Positions 33,060-45,246 of a DNA stretch of 48,476 nt are shown here, piece after piece. This DNA comes from Gammaproteobacteria bacterium (GTDB lineage: Bacteria; Pseudomonadota; Gammaproteobacteria; UBA4575), in the NCBI GenBank assembly GCA_965221955.1, contig CBDCTA010000006.1, positions 1 through 48,476 on the forward strand, read 5' to 3'. The notes beneath the pieces were generated by a model. That model had not been told where the DNA came from. It ran no database searches and was given only the letters and a program-made list of their open reading frames with translations. Position numbers and translations under genes: made by a program. Each line of letters starts with the position of its first letter. The first letter of the stretch is position 1.

Positions 33060-34553
33060 TTAATCTGCTGAGACGATACGTTTAGTGAAATAAAGACCTA
33101 TCAAAAATGTAAATACGAGACTGACGATACCCCAATTTCCCCATCGCGCATAGAGCGTAGTACCTCTATAAGGACGAATTGTCGCTCTCACCGTATCATC
33201 TTGAAACTGTACAGACTTATTAATAATTTTTCCTTCAGGATCAATCACCGCAGATATTCCAGTATTTGTAGCTCGCAACATAAATCTACCTGTTTCCACT
33301 GCTCTAGAACGTGTAATTTCTAAGTGTTGATGAGGCGCTAGTGAATCTCCAAACCAGGCGTCATTACTCACATTGACTAAAAACTTAGCCTCTGGCAAAG
33401 CCTCTATAATTTGGTGCCCATATACCGCTTCATAACAAATGGATGCGCCAACTGGATAGCCATTTAAATTTACTAAAGGCTGCCCTTCTCCACTTGAAAT
33501 ATCGGCCATTGGAATATCAATATAACGCTCTAAAAAAGTTAAGATTCCACGAAATGGAAGATATTCTCCAAACGGTACTAAACGCTGTTTTCGATAAAAA
33601 TTTTGCTCACTACCCAAAGTCATTACACTGTTATAGACTTTTCCATTCTCTGGATTAAAAGTAAACACACCAATTAAGTAATCCAAATCATTATCTTCAG
33701 CCGTCTCACTTACTTTTGGAATAAATGAGTCTTTCACCATTAGGTAATAAGTTGGAATTGCAGTTTCAGGCCAAATGATAATATCGGCATCAAAATGCCG
33801 TTTACTCATCTCTAAATACTTATTCATGATGAAGTTGTGTTTACTACGATCCCATTTCATCTCTTGAGAAATATTTCCCTGTATTAACACAACTTCTAAC
33901 TGCTCATCTTCAGCATGTGTCCAAATAATTTGGTTTAAAAAATATAAGCAGAGAGCAATAATTCCTATTGATAGCGCACTGATTACTTTTTGTTTACCTA
34001 TGGCAAACACAATAGTGGCACCAAAACATCCTAGTAACAAAGTCAACCAAGTTGCTCCATATGAGCCAAAAACTGGCAAAATACCTTGCAGTGGACCCGT
34101 ATGATGCACATGACCAATCAACAACCAGGGAAATCCAGTGAATATCCAGCTACGCACCCATTCAAAAACAACCCATAAACATGCAAAAGCCAAAGCACTA
34201 TAGATACTAATTTTATTACTTATAGAAAAATATGTAGTTAACGCTGCAACTAGCGCTGGGAAGAACGCAAGAACAATTATTAATAAACCTGCAAGAATCG
34301 CGCTTAGTAATATAGGAGCATGCCCAAATTCATGGATGCTGTTAAATGTCCAAGGCACTCCAAAACCGAAAAAAAAGAGCCCAAAAACAAAACCACATAA
34401 CAATGCGGCACGAGCAGTTTGATTTGCAATAACTATGTATAAAACTGTTGGACAAATAAACGTTAACCACCAATAAGAAAAAGGCGCATAGGCGCATACT
34501 AAAACTGCCCCTGAAATAGCAAGCAAAAGTAATTTAAAAATCAATACTGGCAT
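33060..34553 (-). CDS. lnt: Apolipoprotein N-acyltransferase
   Basis: TGFPW, QGNI, WPETA, LVPFGEY, ICYE and SNDAWF. Confidence 0.96.
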   Translation of the reverse strand: MPVLIFKLLLLAISGAVLVCAYAPFSYWWLTFICPTVLYIVIANQTARAALLCGFVFGLFFFGFGVPWTFNSIHEFGHAPILLSAILAGLLIIVLAFFPALVAALTTYFSISNKISIYSALAFACLWVVFEWVRSWIFTGFPWLLIGHVHHTGPLQGILPVFGSYGATWLTLLLGCFGATIVFAIGKQKVISALSIGIIALCLYFLNQIIWTHAEDEQLEVVLIQGNISQEMKWDRSKHNFIMNKYLEMSKRHFDADIIIWPETAIPTYYLMVKDSFIPKVSETAEDNDLDYLIGVFTFNPENGKVYNSVMTLGSEQNFYRKQRLVPFGEYLPFRGILTFLERYIDIPMADISSGEGQPLVNLNGYPVGASICYEAVYGHQIIEALPEAKFLVNVSNDAWFGDSLAPHQHLEITRSRAVETGRFMLRATNTGISAVIDPEGKIINKSVQFQDDTVRATIRPYRGTTLYARWGNWGIVSLVFTFLIGLYFTKRIVSAD

Positions 34554-34600
34554 TTAATGTCTTGCACGAATTGCTTATTGGATAAGCAAATTGGATTTAT

Positions 34601-35440
34601 TTAGTTATGGTGAGATACGTTTAGTAAATGTAATCTTCTTCTGTCTGCGCGTAATACTTCGATTTGAAAATTGTCGAATTCAATTTTTTCACCTTTTTTT
34701 GGCAAGTGGCCAAATTTACTCAAAACCAAACCGCCAAATGTTTCAAAATCACTATCACTATATTGAGTTGAAAAGAATTCATTGAAATCCTCGATTGGTG
34801 TCAATGCTTTTACTCCAAAATGGCCTTTGGAATGCTCAAAGATATAACGATCTTCTTCAGTGTCATGCTCATCAGTAATTTCACCAACAATCTGCTCCAA
34901 TACATCTTCAATGGTAACCAAGCCCGATACACTACTGTATTCGTCTACGACGATAGCCATATGATTTCGTCCGTCTTTAAACTCATTTAATAGAGTGTTC
35001 ACACGCTTGGACTCAGGCACTACCACCGCAGGCCGCAATACATCATCTAAGTTAAACTCTTCTTGTTTGCCTTCAATAAAAAATCGCAACAGATCTTTTG
35101 CTAATAAAATTCCCAACACTTCATCACGACTATCTCCAATTACAGGAAATCTTGAATGCGCCGAATCGATAATTAATGGCAACATATCTTGAAGCGTTGC
35201 ACCTTCTCGCACGACTACCATTTGAGAACGCGGAATCATAATATTTTTTACTTGAATTTTTGAAACCTGAAATGCACCCTCTATCATCTCAAGTATGTCT
35301 TTACTTAAGATATTATTTTTTTCTGCATTCCTTAGCAGCTGCACTATTTGTTCATGATTTTGTGGGGCACCATTTAACAGTAACTTTATAGAAGCCACCA
35401 AACCTAAACCCGTGGAACTAGTTTCGTTATTATTTTTCAT
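34601..35440 (-). CDS. corC: CBS-domain Mg/Co transport-associated protein CorC (YbeX)
   Basis: IMIPRSQM, SAHSRFPV and HMAIVVDEY..GLVTIED; operon context. Confidence 0.93.
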   Translation of the reverse strand: MKNNNETSSTGLGLVASIKLLLNGAPQNHEQIVQLLRNAEKNNILSKDILEMIEGAFQVSKIQVKNIMIPRSQMVVVREGATLQDMLPLIIDSAHSRFPVIGDSRDEVLGILLAKDLLRFFIEGKQEEFNLDDVLRPAVVVPESKRVNTLLNEFKDGRNHMAIVVDEYSSVSGLVTIEDVLEQIVGEITDEHDTEEDRYIFEHSKGHFGVKALTPIEDFNEFFSTQYSDSDFETFGGLVLSKFGHLPKKGEKIEFDNFQIEVLRADRRRLHLLNVSHHN

Positions 35441-35446
35441 CTTCAG

Positions 35447-35896
35447 TTACGCTGGCTCATATGGATTTGGAACATTCAAATCTTGTAGAATTTTAATTTC
35501 CATAGCTTCCATTTCTTTTGTATCTGAATCATTCTCATGATCAAATCCTTGTAAATGCAGTATTCCGTGCACAAGCAAGTGTGCCCAATGATCATTCAAT
35601 TGCTTACGTTGTTCTTGCGCCTCACGACTCACTATTGGCGCACAAATTACTATATCTCCAAGAAAGTTTATATTTAACTGAGTAGGAAGTTCTGCTGGAA
35701 AGGACAAAATATTAGTAGCTTTATCAATTTTTCGATATTGCTTATTCAGCTCTTTAGCTTCTGATTCATCCACTATCCTTAAACATGCACTCGTCTCAGA
35801 TTTATACGGTATAGATTGAACCCAATACTCAAGCTCCGACTTTTTAGGTATATCTAAACTTTTAGAAACAATTTGCACATCCAAATGAATGCCCAT
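35447..35896 (-). CDS. ybeY: rRNA maturation endoribonuclease YbeY
   Basis: TNILSFP, LGDIVIC and HGILHLQGFDH. Confidence 0.96.
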   Translation of the reverse strand: MGIHLDVQIVSKSLDIPKKSELEYWVQSIPYKSETSACLRIVDESEAKELNKQYRKIDKATNILSFPAELPTQLNINFLGDIVICAPIVSREAQEQRKQLNDHWAHLLVHGILHLQGFDHENDSDTKEMEAMEIKILQDLNVPNPYEPA

Positions 35897-35909
35897 TAGA
35901 CTAATTTTA

Positions 35910-36875
35910 CTACTCTTTTGAATTATTGGTGTAAGCTTGGATAATTTTTTTTACCAAGGGGTGTCTGACTACGTCTTTAGCCTGAAAATTGCAAAATGCA
36001 ATGCCTTCAGTATTGTGTAGTATACGTAATACGTGCTTTAACCCTGATTCCTTTGCGTTCGGTAGATCAATTTGGGTTACGTCACCAGTAACAATCGCTT
36101 TCGAGCCAAACCCAATTCGTGTAAGAAACATTTTCATCTGTTCAACAGTTGTGTTTTGCGCTTCATCCAAAATAATAAAAGCATCATTCAAAGTTCTTCC
36201 ACGCATATAAGCCAGTGGAGCAATTTCTATAACATTTCTATCCACTAATTTACTTACCTTTTCAAAACCCATCATTTCATAAAGTGCGTCATACATAGGT
36301 CTTAAATAGGGGTCAATTTTTTGCGCTAAATCCCCAGGTAAAAACCCCAGCCTTTCACCTGCCTCCACCGCGGGCCTTACCAACACAAGCTTACGGATAC
36401 GATCTCTTTCTAAAGCCTCAACAGCACAAGCCACGGCCAAATAGGTTTTGCCTGTGCCTGCCGGACCAACCCCAAATACTAAATCGTTTTCTTCAATGGC
36501 ACTAATATATTTCTCTTGATTCTCGCCTCTTGCCTTAATGACCGAGCGTTTTGTATGTACAGTGGCTCTACTGGAGTTAACACTGCGTTCTGCGCTTTGG
36601 GCTAATTCAGACTCTTGCAGATGGAGGTGCACATCAGACATAGAAAGAGTATTTAATTCAGTGGAATCATACAGTTCTTTAAGCACTTCAGCTGCAGCAT
36701 TTGCGGCCTTAGCTTCACCTCGTATTGAAAATGTATTACCTCGGTTATTGATCTCAATACCCAGTCTCTTTTCCATTTGACTGAGGTGCTCGTTTAAAGG
36801 CCCACACAAATTAGCAAGTCTTGGGTTATCGGCAGGTTCCAGCACGACGTCTATTGAATAGATTTCAGCTGACAA
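35910..36875 (-). CDS. ybeZ: PhoH-like ATPase
   Basis: GPAGTGKT, RPAVEAGE.LGFLPG, MRGRTL and LDEAQN. Confidence 0.95.
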   Translation of the reverse strand: MSAEIYSIDVVLEPADNPRLANLCGPLNEHLSQMEKRLGIEINNRGNTFSIRGEAKAANAAAEVLKELYDSTELNTLSMSDVHLHLQESELAQSAERSVNSSRATVHTKRSVIKARGENQEKYISAIEENDLVFGVGPAGTGKTYLAVACAVEALERDRIRKLVLVRPAVEAGERLGFLPGDLAQKIDPYLRPMYDALYEMMGFEKVSKLVDRNVIEIAPLAYMRGRTLNDAFIILDEAQNTTVEQMKMFLTRIGFGSKAIVTGDVTQIDLPNAKESGLKHVLRILHNTEGIAFCNFQAKDVVRHPLVKKIIQAYTNNSKE

Positions 36876-36901
36876 GTACTAAAATCCTTTAGTGTAAGGT
36901 T

Positions 36902-38233
36902 TCAAGATAGAGTACCACGTAGAGAGTTAGAAAACACTTCAGAAATTTTAAGCCGCACAAATTTCCCTATGACATGATCTTTTACTTCTTGGGGCACTGA
37001 AAAATTTACAACCCGATTATTCTCTGTTCGCCCAGAATATTCTTGGTCTGATTTTTTAGACAATCCTTCGACTAATACGGTTTGATTAGTATTTAACATT
37101 GCATTGGAATACTCAGTAGACATTTTATTTATTAATTGCTGCAAACGTTGTAATCGTTGTTTTTTTATTTCTAGTCCAACATCATCTTCATAAGAAGCTG
37201 CAGGTGTTCCAGGGCGACGGCTGTAAATAAAACTAAATGATTGATCGAAGCCAATTTCTTCAACAAACTTCAACGTATCCTCAAAATCTTCGTCTGTTTC
37301 ACCAGGAAAACCAACAATAAAATCAGAAGAAATGCTGATGTCAGGACGATGCTCACGTAATTTGCGAACAATAGACTTAAATTCCAACGCCGTATGACCA
37401 CGTTTCATCGCAGAAAGCACACGATCCGCACCGCTTTGCACAGGCAAATGCACATGATTTACTAACTCAAGTACTTCCGCATAAGCATCAATAAGATTAT
37501 CTGAAAATTCAATAGGGTGAGAACTTGTATAACGTATTCGCTCTATACCATTTACCTTACTCACAAAATAAATAAGTAAAGAAAAATCAACGACATCACC
37601 AGCCTCATCTAGACCACGATATCCATTTACATTTTGACCTAATAAAGTTATTTCACGCACACCTTGTTCTGCAAGCAATTCGACTTCTTTCATCACAGCT
37701 ACTAATGGTCGACTAAATTCTTCTCCTCTTGTATAAGGTACTACACAATAAGTGCAATACTTACTACAGCCCTCCATAATGGAAACAAAAGCCGTAGGCC
37801 CATCCGCTTTTGGCTCTGGCAAGCAATCAAATTTCTCAATTTCAGGAAAACTAATATCAACTACAGCTTTTTTATTTTTTTGTGCTTGCTCAAATAATTC
37901 TGGCAATCGATGAATCGTTTGCGGCCCAAACACCACATCTACTTGTCTTGAACGTTTTGCTAATTCCTCACCTTCTTGACTAGCAACACATCCACCAACC
38001 CCTATTAGTAAGTTAGGATTTTTTTCTTTCAGAGGGCGCCACTGACCTAACTGAGAAAATACTTTTTCTTGTGCCTTTTCACGTATTGAACACGTATTCA
38101 ATAACAACACATCTGCCTCAGAAACATCTTGAGTTACGTGCATCCCACAATCATGACTGAGTACATCCAGCATCTTTTCAGAATCATACTCATTCATCTG
38201 ACATCCTTGTGTCTTTATAAATACTTTTTGCAT
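36902..38233 (-). CDS. miaB: tRNA-2-methylthio-N6-dimethylallyladenosine synthase
   Basis: GCQMNEYDS, radical-SAM CSKYCTYC and TRAM domain; ATG at 38233 preferred as start. Confidence 0.97.
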   Translation of the reverse strand: MQKVFIKTQGCQMNEYDSEKMLDVLSHDCGMHVTQDVSEADVLLLNTCSIREKAQEKVFSQLGQWRPLKEKNPNLLIGVGGCVASQEGEELAKRSRQVDVVFGPQTIHRLPELFEQAQKNKKAVVDISFPEIEKFDCLPEPKADGPTAFVSIMEGCSKYCTYCVVPYTRGEEFSRPLVAVMKEVELLAEQGVREITLLGQNVNGYRGLDEAGDVVDFSLLIYFVSKVNGIERIRYTSSHPIEFSDNLIDAYAEVLELVNHVHLPVQSGADRVLSAMKRGHTALEFKSIVRKLREHRPDISISSDFIVGFPGETDEDFEDTLKFVEEIGFDQSFSFIYSRRPGTPAASYEDDVGLEIKKQRLQRLQQLINKMSTEYSNAMLNTNQTVLVEGLSKKSDQEYSGRTENNRVVNFSVPQEVKDHVIGKFVRLKISEVFSNSLRGTLS

Positions 38234-38234
38234 T

Positions 38235-39636
38235 TTAGTATGCGTTTTTATGCACAAATCCCTTAAAAATTGTAAGAAAAAGAATTTTCAGATCCAACCA
38301 AAGAGACCAGTTCTCAATATAGTATATATCGTACTCGACACGTTTTTTCATCTTCTCTATTGTATTTGTCTCTCCTCTATAACCATTTATTTGCGCCCAC
38401 CCTGTAATTCCAGGTTTGACCTTATGTCGTAGCATATACTGATCAATTTTCTCCCTATAATCCAAATTATGCTCAATAGCATGAGGACGAGGACCAACCA
38501 AAGACATCCGACCTTGTAATACATTAAATAGTTGTGGTAATTCATCAAGACTAGTCTGCCTCAAAAATGCTCCAAATCGTGTAACACGCTCATCACCAAC
38601 CATTGCCTGAGTGATTGTATCGTCAGGTTCTTGATGTAATTCCATAGTTCTAAATTTATAAATATTAATCTTACGTCCATCCCACCCATGACGCCTTTGC
38701 TTAAACAAAATAGGGCCCTTTGAAGTTAACTTTACGATCAAGCTAATTATTAACATCAATGGGAGAAAAACAAAAAATAAACCTAGAGATAAAACACGAT
38801 CTTCCATAAACTTAATAAACTTGTTTGTTCCAACCATTGGTGAGATCGATAGGTTAATAACTGGATAACCGACTACTTCCGTAATTGAATGATTAAAAAG
38901 ATTTAAACCAAATATATCAGGCACATATCTTATATCTACAGTACTCAGCTTTAATTCCTTCAAAATACACTTCACTGCTTCTTCATCTTTTAGCGGCATT
39001 ACTATCCACACTTGGTCGATATTATTCTCTTCAACGTATTGAGCAATAGAGCTAATTTCTCCAAGAATAGGGAGCCCAACAACAGAATCCTTAGGATCAT
39101 ATTCTTTTAAAAATACACCTTTTAAATTAAAACCAGCCCAAATTTCATTTTTAAATTTCTCTGCTAACTCATTTGATAGCTTATTATTACCCACTAAAAC
39201 ATATTTCTGATATTAAAGCCTTTTTCACGTAACCAACTCAGAATACTTCTAGCAGTAATTCGAGATAATATGAAAACGATCCATGTAGAAATAGTCCAAC
39301 TCACCATCCATATGCGTGAATACTCCTCGCTAGTTTTAGTTAGCACAGAAATACTAAGTAATAAAAGCACAACAGTAGCCCAACCAAAGCTTAAACTCGT
39401 ATTTCTTCGTAGACTGAAGCACCACGCCAAGCTTGATAAAGAGAGAAGTATGGAAAAATCGTAAATACTGAGATAGCGGCTATAGTCAACGCAGATATAT
39501 AATACATCGACAACGGCCATTCACTTGGGTAAATAGAAAATATAAGCAACCCACACAAAATAACATACAACCAATCTAATGTCCGATGAATTAAATTTAT
39601 AATATCTGAATGCTTATTTAGTAATCCTCTGCGCAT
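38235..39636 (-). CDS. wcaJ: Undecaprenyl-phosphate glucose phosphotransferase (WcaJ-like), split by two indels
   Basis: [37 protein letters not shown] and FVHKNAY; N-terminal TM pieces in ORFs 39391..39636 and 39194..39520. Confidence 0.9.
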
Positions 39637-39704
39637 ATTATAAGTTTAGTATCTGTTTTATTCTTTAAATTATAAAACGTTAAACACCAATAGATATTTT
39701 TCGC

Positions 39705-40430
39705 CTAATTAGAGAGGTATAAAAATCTACTATTTAGCACTACATATCGCCTAAATAATCTTTTGGGCTCTTGTATAAACCTGTGAAGCCATTCTAATCC
39801 TAATGATTGCATCCAGCTAGGAGCTCTATTTTTAGAACCAGATAAAAACTCTATTACTGCGCCAATACCTACCATTACTGCACGAACACTATCTTGTTGA
39901 CTTGCCATCCATAATTCTTGTTTTGGACACCCTAATGCTACAAAAAGAATATCGACATTTGATTCATTAATTTCTTTAACAATATTTAAATTGTCTGGTA
40001 AATTTGTAGATTCTATCTTAGCGGAGCTTTTATATACAATACTGATATTCTTAAATTTTTTAGACAATTCATTACATGCTTTTTGCAGATCATTGGAACT
40101 CCCACCAATTAACCCAATGTTAAATTTAGAGTTTTCAGCTAGCGTACATAAAGCCATACAAAGATCAAAGCCACAGATTCTAGTTTGATTTTTGTGCCCA
40201 CGCTTCTTTAATCCCCACACCAAGGGCATACCATCAGGACATGCAACTAAGGCATTGTTAACGATATTCTTGAATGTCTCTGATTCGTAAGCTTCCATTA
40301 CCATATGAACATTCACTGCACAAATATAACCAAATTTACCTTTAGATATTTGCGAAATTACCTTTTCAACAACTTCATCTATTGTTCCATATGAAACCAA
40401 CAACCCATATATTCGCTCTTTTAATAACAC
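39705..40430 (-). CDS. WecB/TagA/CpsF (GT26) glycosyltransferase
   Basis: PDGMPLVW, VALGCPKQE and RAP.WMQ.LGLEWLHRF..EPKRL.RRY. Confidence 0.92.
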   Translation of the reverse strand: MLLKERIYGLLVSYGTIDEVVEKVISQISKGKFGYICAVNVHMVMEAYESETFKNIVNNALVACPDGMPLVWGLKKRGHKNQTRICGFDLCMALCTLAENSKFNIGLIGGSSNDLQKACNELSKKFKNISIVYKSSAKIESTNLPDNLNIVKEINESNVDILFVALGCPKQELWMASQQDSVRAVMVGIGAVIEFLSGSKNRAPSWMQSLGLEWLHRFIQEPKRLFRRYVVLNSRFLYLSN

Positions 40431-40572
40431 AACAATAATCTAAAAGTGTACATAAAAATCAAAATACTTATATATCAACAAACTGTATTTCACTTACCTT
40501 GTGCGCCAGAATCAGTACTAACTTTATATCAAAAGCTAATGTTTACTTTTATCATTATTCTATTATTTAGCT

Positions 40573-41255
40573 TTAGTGTTTGTAATATTTTTTTAAGATT
40601 GATTTTACATACTCATCATCAAATGATAAATCTAAATATTTATAAACATCTTTTAGCTGACTGTCACTTATTGCGTGCTCACCTTTATTTAATGTTTTTT
40701 TATTAGCTTTTTTATTCGTTATATCCTCAAAAACTTGTACAATATAGTCTACCTTAACAGGATGAGTGAAAATATTTACCGTAGTATTTAGAAATAAACC
40801 ACTTTCTATAATATATTTAACTATTTTACCTACGTCTGTAATGTCTATTAGATGCCGTTCTGCTTTAGACCAAATATATAACAGTTCATTATTTTTTATT
40901 TATTGTAAATATTATTCGCCAGTGTATTTGGATTCCCACCTTTCCCAATTACTTGTGGTAATCGGAATATTAGAAACGATTTAAAATTCTCATTAATAAA
41001 TTTCTCCACATCTTTCTTATGCTTAATATATAAATTATCGTTATCACCACTCTCAAACACTTTTGTTGAACTGAAATAAATTAATAATCTGCATTCATCA
41101 TTATCCGCCTCACTACGAAGTAGCCTCATCTCTCTTTCAAACTCACCACCTCTTTTCTCGTTTGAGTTTGATACACCCGATGCAAAAATAGTAACATCAT
41201 TACTATTTTTGTATACGTCGAACTCATTCGCGAGCAATCCATTTCCTATAATCAC
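40573..41255 (-). CDS. fcd: Short NAD(P)-dependent dTDP-4-keto-6-deoxyglucose reductase (Fcd-like), split by indels near 40900 and 40700
   Basis: MIIGNGLLA...IFASGVSNS...IYFSS...LY..HK...FRLPQVIG; the downstream frame continues (RHLIDITDV...EYVKSILKKYYKH). Resemblance to Aggregatibacter Fcd is from memory. Confidence 0.6.
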
Positions 41256-41285
41256 AATAGTTATTTTTTAGCTTTATACATATAG

Positions 41286-42290
41286 TTAACTTATTCTCAT
41301 GATTCCATTTTTATAAACACTTTTCATATTCTTAATATATTCCCTAAACTTGCTCACCATACTTAGTTGATCTTTTATATGTTTTGAACTTTTTCTATCT
41401 GCAAATATATAATTTAATTTATTTACTTTTATATCTTGTTCAATTTTCAAAATACAATTTATATATGGTTTATATAGTAATTTTTTTACCGCAGGATCTA
41501 ATCTCTCATAAGACGAAAACCCTAAATCATAATAATTTTTAAATACCCTTGATATACCATGAAAATGGTAACAAATTAATGGTACGTCATCGATGTAAAT
41601 CAAATAATTTTTTTTCTTCAAGCTTTATATCAGAAATATTCCAAGGCGCTACATTTACACCTCCGTGTTTAATCTCTTTAATATTTTCAAAATAATTTGA
41701 AAATTTTTCTATATATTTTTGATCTGCAAATCGATCATTTTGTACTTCATCAAAACACCACTTTGTACATTGATTACACCACCAACCTAAACATTCTCTC
41801 CCTATTTCATCATTTTTAAATGTAAGCATTCCAGCATTGAACATTCCAAATTTACTTAAATGATGTAATTTCTTTGAGAATCTGTGCGGTGTTATTGCAA
41901 CCGATTGATTGTCTATCAATGTTTCGTAGGCTTTAATCGAATTAAAGAAAAATATATCTGCATCTAAATATGTTACATATTCTGCATTAGAACCACATGA
42001 TTGAATATGTTTCAATAAATAAGACTTACACGTAAAATAATATTCAAATATATTTCTAGTTTTTTTAGTACTAAATAAACTCTCGTATTCAGCTTCTAAA
42101 GCTTTCAAGGGTATACATTTGAGATTTTTCTTTTCTAAAGATTCTAGAACAATCTGTGTTACTTCATCTAAACATAAAACCCAAAAGTATATTTAGAAGT
42201 ATATTTAGAAGTATATTTTTCTAACGAATTATATAGAGCTATACCTCTGGGAAGATAATTTGAATTAAAAAGAGTACATATATGATTCAT
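41286..42290 (-). CDS. GT-A-fold glycosyltransferase, split by two homopolymer indels (~42183, ~41612)
   Basis: MNHICTLFNSNYLPRGIALYNSL start (ATGA overlap with rmlB), YLDADIFFF, ITPHRF, FNAG, DQKY, NVAPWN and YHFHG. Confidence 0.8.
42185..42218. repeat. 12-bp tandem repeat (AAGTATATTTAG x ~2.8) inside the glycosyltransferase
   Basis: Seen directly; encodes KYTS-KYTS-KYT on the minus strand. Confidence 0.85.
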
Positions 42291-43292
42291 GCACTTAATT
42301 TATCGATATACCATTCAATAGTTTTGAAAAGCTTTTCATTAAATTTTGTTTTCGCTTGCCAATTTAGTTCATTATTAATTTTTTCGACATTTAACGCATA
42401 TCGCCAGTCATGCCCTGGGCGATCTTCCACGAATGAAATTAACTTTGAATAACTATTATTTATAGGAATTAATTCATCCATAATTTTACATATCTTTGTA
42501 ATTAAAGTAATATTTGTTCTCTCATTGTTTCCACCTATGTTATAAGTTTCACCAACACAACTACTATTCAGTATTCTAATAACTCCATCAACATGGTCTG
42601 TAACATAAACCCAATCTCTGATATTTTCCCCAGTTCCATAAACAGGAATTTCTTTTTTTAAAATACACGAATTAATTACCGTAGGTATTAATTTCTCTAA
42701 ATGCTGGTTCTTTCCAAAATTATTTGAACAATTTGAAATGCTTACAGGTAATGAATATGTTCTATGATATGCTCTTACTAAATGATCAGCAGCAGCTTTA
42801 CTAGCCGCATATGGTGAACTTGGATTGTAGGAATCAGTTTCTATTGAAGGTAAATCAACACTACTTAAAGAACCATATACTTCATCTGTAGATACATGAT
42901 GAAATCTACATCTATCTGAAATATCTTTATTCTTATGTAGCCAGACTGATTTAGCCACCTCAAGTAATATTTGAGTACCTTCAATATTTGTCTTAACAAA
43001 CATGTTTGGTGCCACTATGGATCTGTCTACATGACTCTCTGCCGCAAAATGAACAATTGTGTCTATATCATTATCTACTATAAATATTTTCAACTAAATT
43101 TTGATCACATATGTCCCCTAATTTAAATTTATACCTTTTATCGCTTTCAAAGACTTCAGTATTAGCTATATTTCCTGCGTAAGTTAATTTATCTAAGTTT
43201 ACTACTTTATCGATTAAATTAAGTTCGAGGACCCTGTTAATAAAATTAGACCCAATAAAACCTGAACCTCCAGTAACCAAAACATTTTTCAT
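42287..43292 (-). CDS. rmlB: dTDP-glucose 4,6-dehydratase, one indel near 43090
   Basis: VTGGSGFIGSNF, DKLTYAGN, HFAAESHVDRSI, STDEVYG, YAASK and DRPGHD.RY. Confidence 0.95.
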
Positions 43293-43305
43293 TTACATTC
43301 TGCTA

Positions 43306-44166
43306 CTAAATTAAGTTCAACAAATAATTTCCATACTCATTCTTACCAAATGACTTACCAAGCTTAATAAGTTGATCAGAAGTTATCCATCTGTTGGAAT
43401 AAGCAATCTCTTCGAGACAAGCAATTTTTAGTCCTTGTCTATGCTCGATAGTTTGAACATATTGGCTAGCTTCTTGAAGTGAATCTGGTGTTCCAGTATC
43501 TAACCAAGCAAACCCACGTCCTAAAAGTTCAACATCTAATTTATTCTCACTTAAATAGCATTTATTTATATCTGTAATTTCAAGCTCACCCCTTAAACTT
43601 GGTTGAATTGATTTCGCATACTCAATAACATTATTGTCATAAAAAAAATAAACCTGTTACCACATAGCTAGACTGAGGATTACTAGGTTTTTCTATTATA
43701 TCTATCACATTCATGTCATTATCAAATGATATAACACCATACCTTCTGGATCTTTTACTGGATATCCAAATATTTTTGCACCTGCAGTCAATTTTGCTGA
43801 AGCTCTCAACAAGTTTATAAAACCTTGTCCAAAAAAAATATTATCTCCTAAAACTAAACACACAGACTCTTTATCAATGAAGGATTCGCCAATTACAAAT
43901 GCCTGAGCAATGCCTTTAGGTTCTTGTTGTACTAAGTAAATAAATTCCACACCCCACTGACTTCCATCTCCTAATAAAGATTTATATAAATCAATGTCAT
44001 GTGGAGATGAAATTATTAATATTTCTCGAATTCCTGCAAGCATTAATACTGAAATTGCATAATAAACCATTGGCTTATCATAAATTGGTAAAAGCTGTTT
44101 AGAAATTGATTTAGTAAGAGGATACAGTCGCGATCCTTGGCCGCCAGCAAGAACAATACCTTTCAC
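43306..44166 (-). CDS. rmlA: Glucose-1-phosphate thymidylyltransferase, with indels
   Basis: [26 protein letters not shown] and LGDNIF; downstream RGELEITD and [11 protein letters not shown]; GTG start at 44166. Confidence 0.93.
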
Positions 44167-45121
44167 ACTAATAACTCTTAAATTTTCATTCTTTCTCATC
44201 TCTGTAAAATCTAATATTTTATTTAGCAAACCTTTAAAACTTCTTAAAATAATTTTAATCTGATCACCAGAATAAATCATTTTTTCTGTAAATGTATCTG
44301 CCTCTCTATTTGCTTCTATAGAATTTGGATGATCTAATGGAAAATGTATTTTCCTGAACTTAATGCTACATTTTTGGAATTATTTTTTGTATGAGTAGCG
44401 CCGTCACCAAATCCAATATTAATTACCAAATTTACTTTTGGTATTATTGTGAGAGCATTGTGCCACCAACAGGTGCACATCCAAACATAACCCCAACTAT
44501 TGATTTCATTATTATACGTCCGGTCAAAAATATCACTCCAATACTTTACTTGAGATTTGTTATCTAACAAACTATCGAGAACTTTTTCAGATTTCATTGC
44601 AGGCCAAATTGCCATCGAATTGTCGTATTTTTCCCATGCGCGTTTCCAAGTTGCCCACCCCCAGCAGTGCATATAACGTGAAAAGTAGTAGCTATTTGGA
44701 GATATATTAACATCTTTTTGAAAATTACTACCCGCGATTAAAAAAATCTCGCTATCATTTTTATAGCGTTCAAGTAATTCTTCACAAAAATAAAAAAAAT
44801 CATTATTTGCAAGACAATCATCCTCAAGAATAATGCCTTGCTCTACTGTTTTCAAAAAACCACGAAATTGCTTCAGACATTGCTTTTCTGCAGCCTAAAT
44901 TTTCACTTCGATATAGTTTTTTGACTTCACAGTCCCAATCTATATTATCTACAATCTCTCTAGCCTTAATACAATTTACTTTATCTGAGGAAATGTTCTT
45001 GCGAGGACCATCTGCAGCTATGTATAGCTTTGAAGGACGAATTTTTTTTATTGGATTGAAAAACTTTTTTAGTAGTTTCAGGCCTACTATGTATAGTTAG
45101 CAATATAGGTATATTAAACAA
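44167..45121 (-). CDS. Nucleotide-diphospho-sugar transferase (GT-A fold), multiple indels; 3' end uncertain
   Basis: PIL....[31 protein letters not shown] and NIGFG..ATHT. Confidence 0.78.
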
Positions 45122-45246
45122 TAGACTTGACTTATCTAAATAATAGTTAAATAGGTAGAATTACTTGGCACGATATATTTAATTCGAAAAAATAAAGCAA
45201 CATTTTTCACGAATACTATCAAGAAAATCCAAATGTTAACTCATTA

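Noticed and set aside
45166-45182. Sigma-54 promoter (TTGGCACG)
   Set aside because: No -12 TTGC element, and it points antisense to the cluster.
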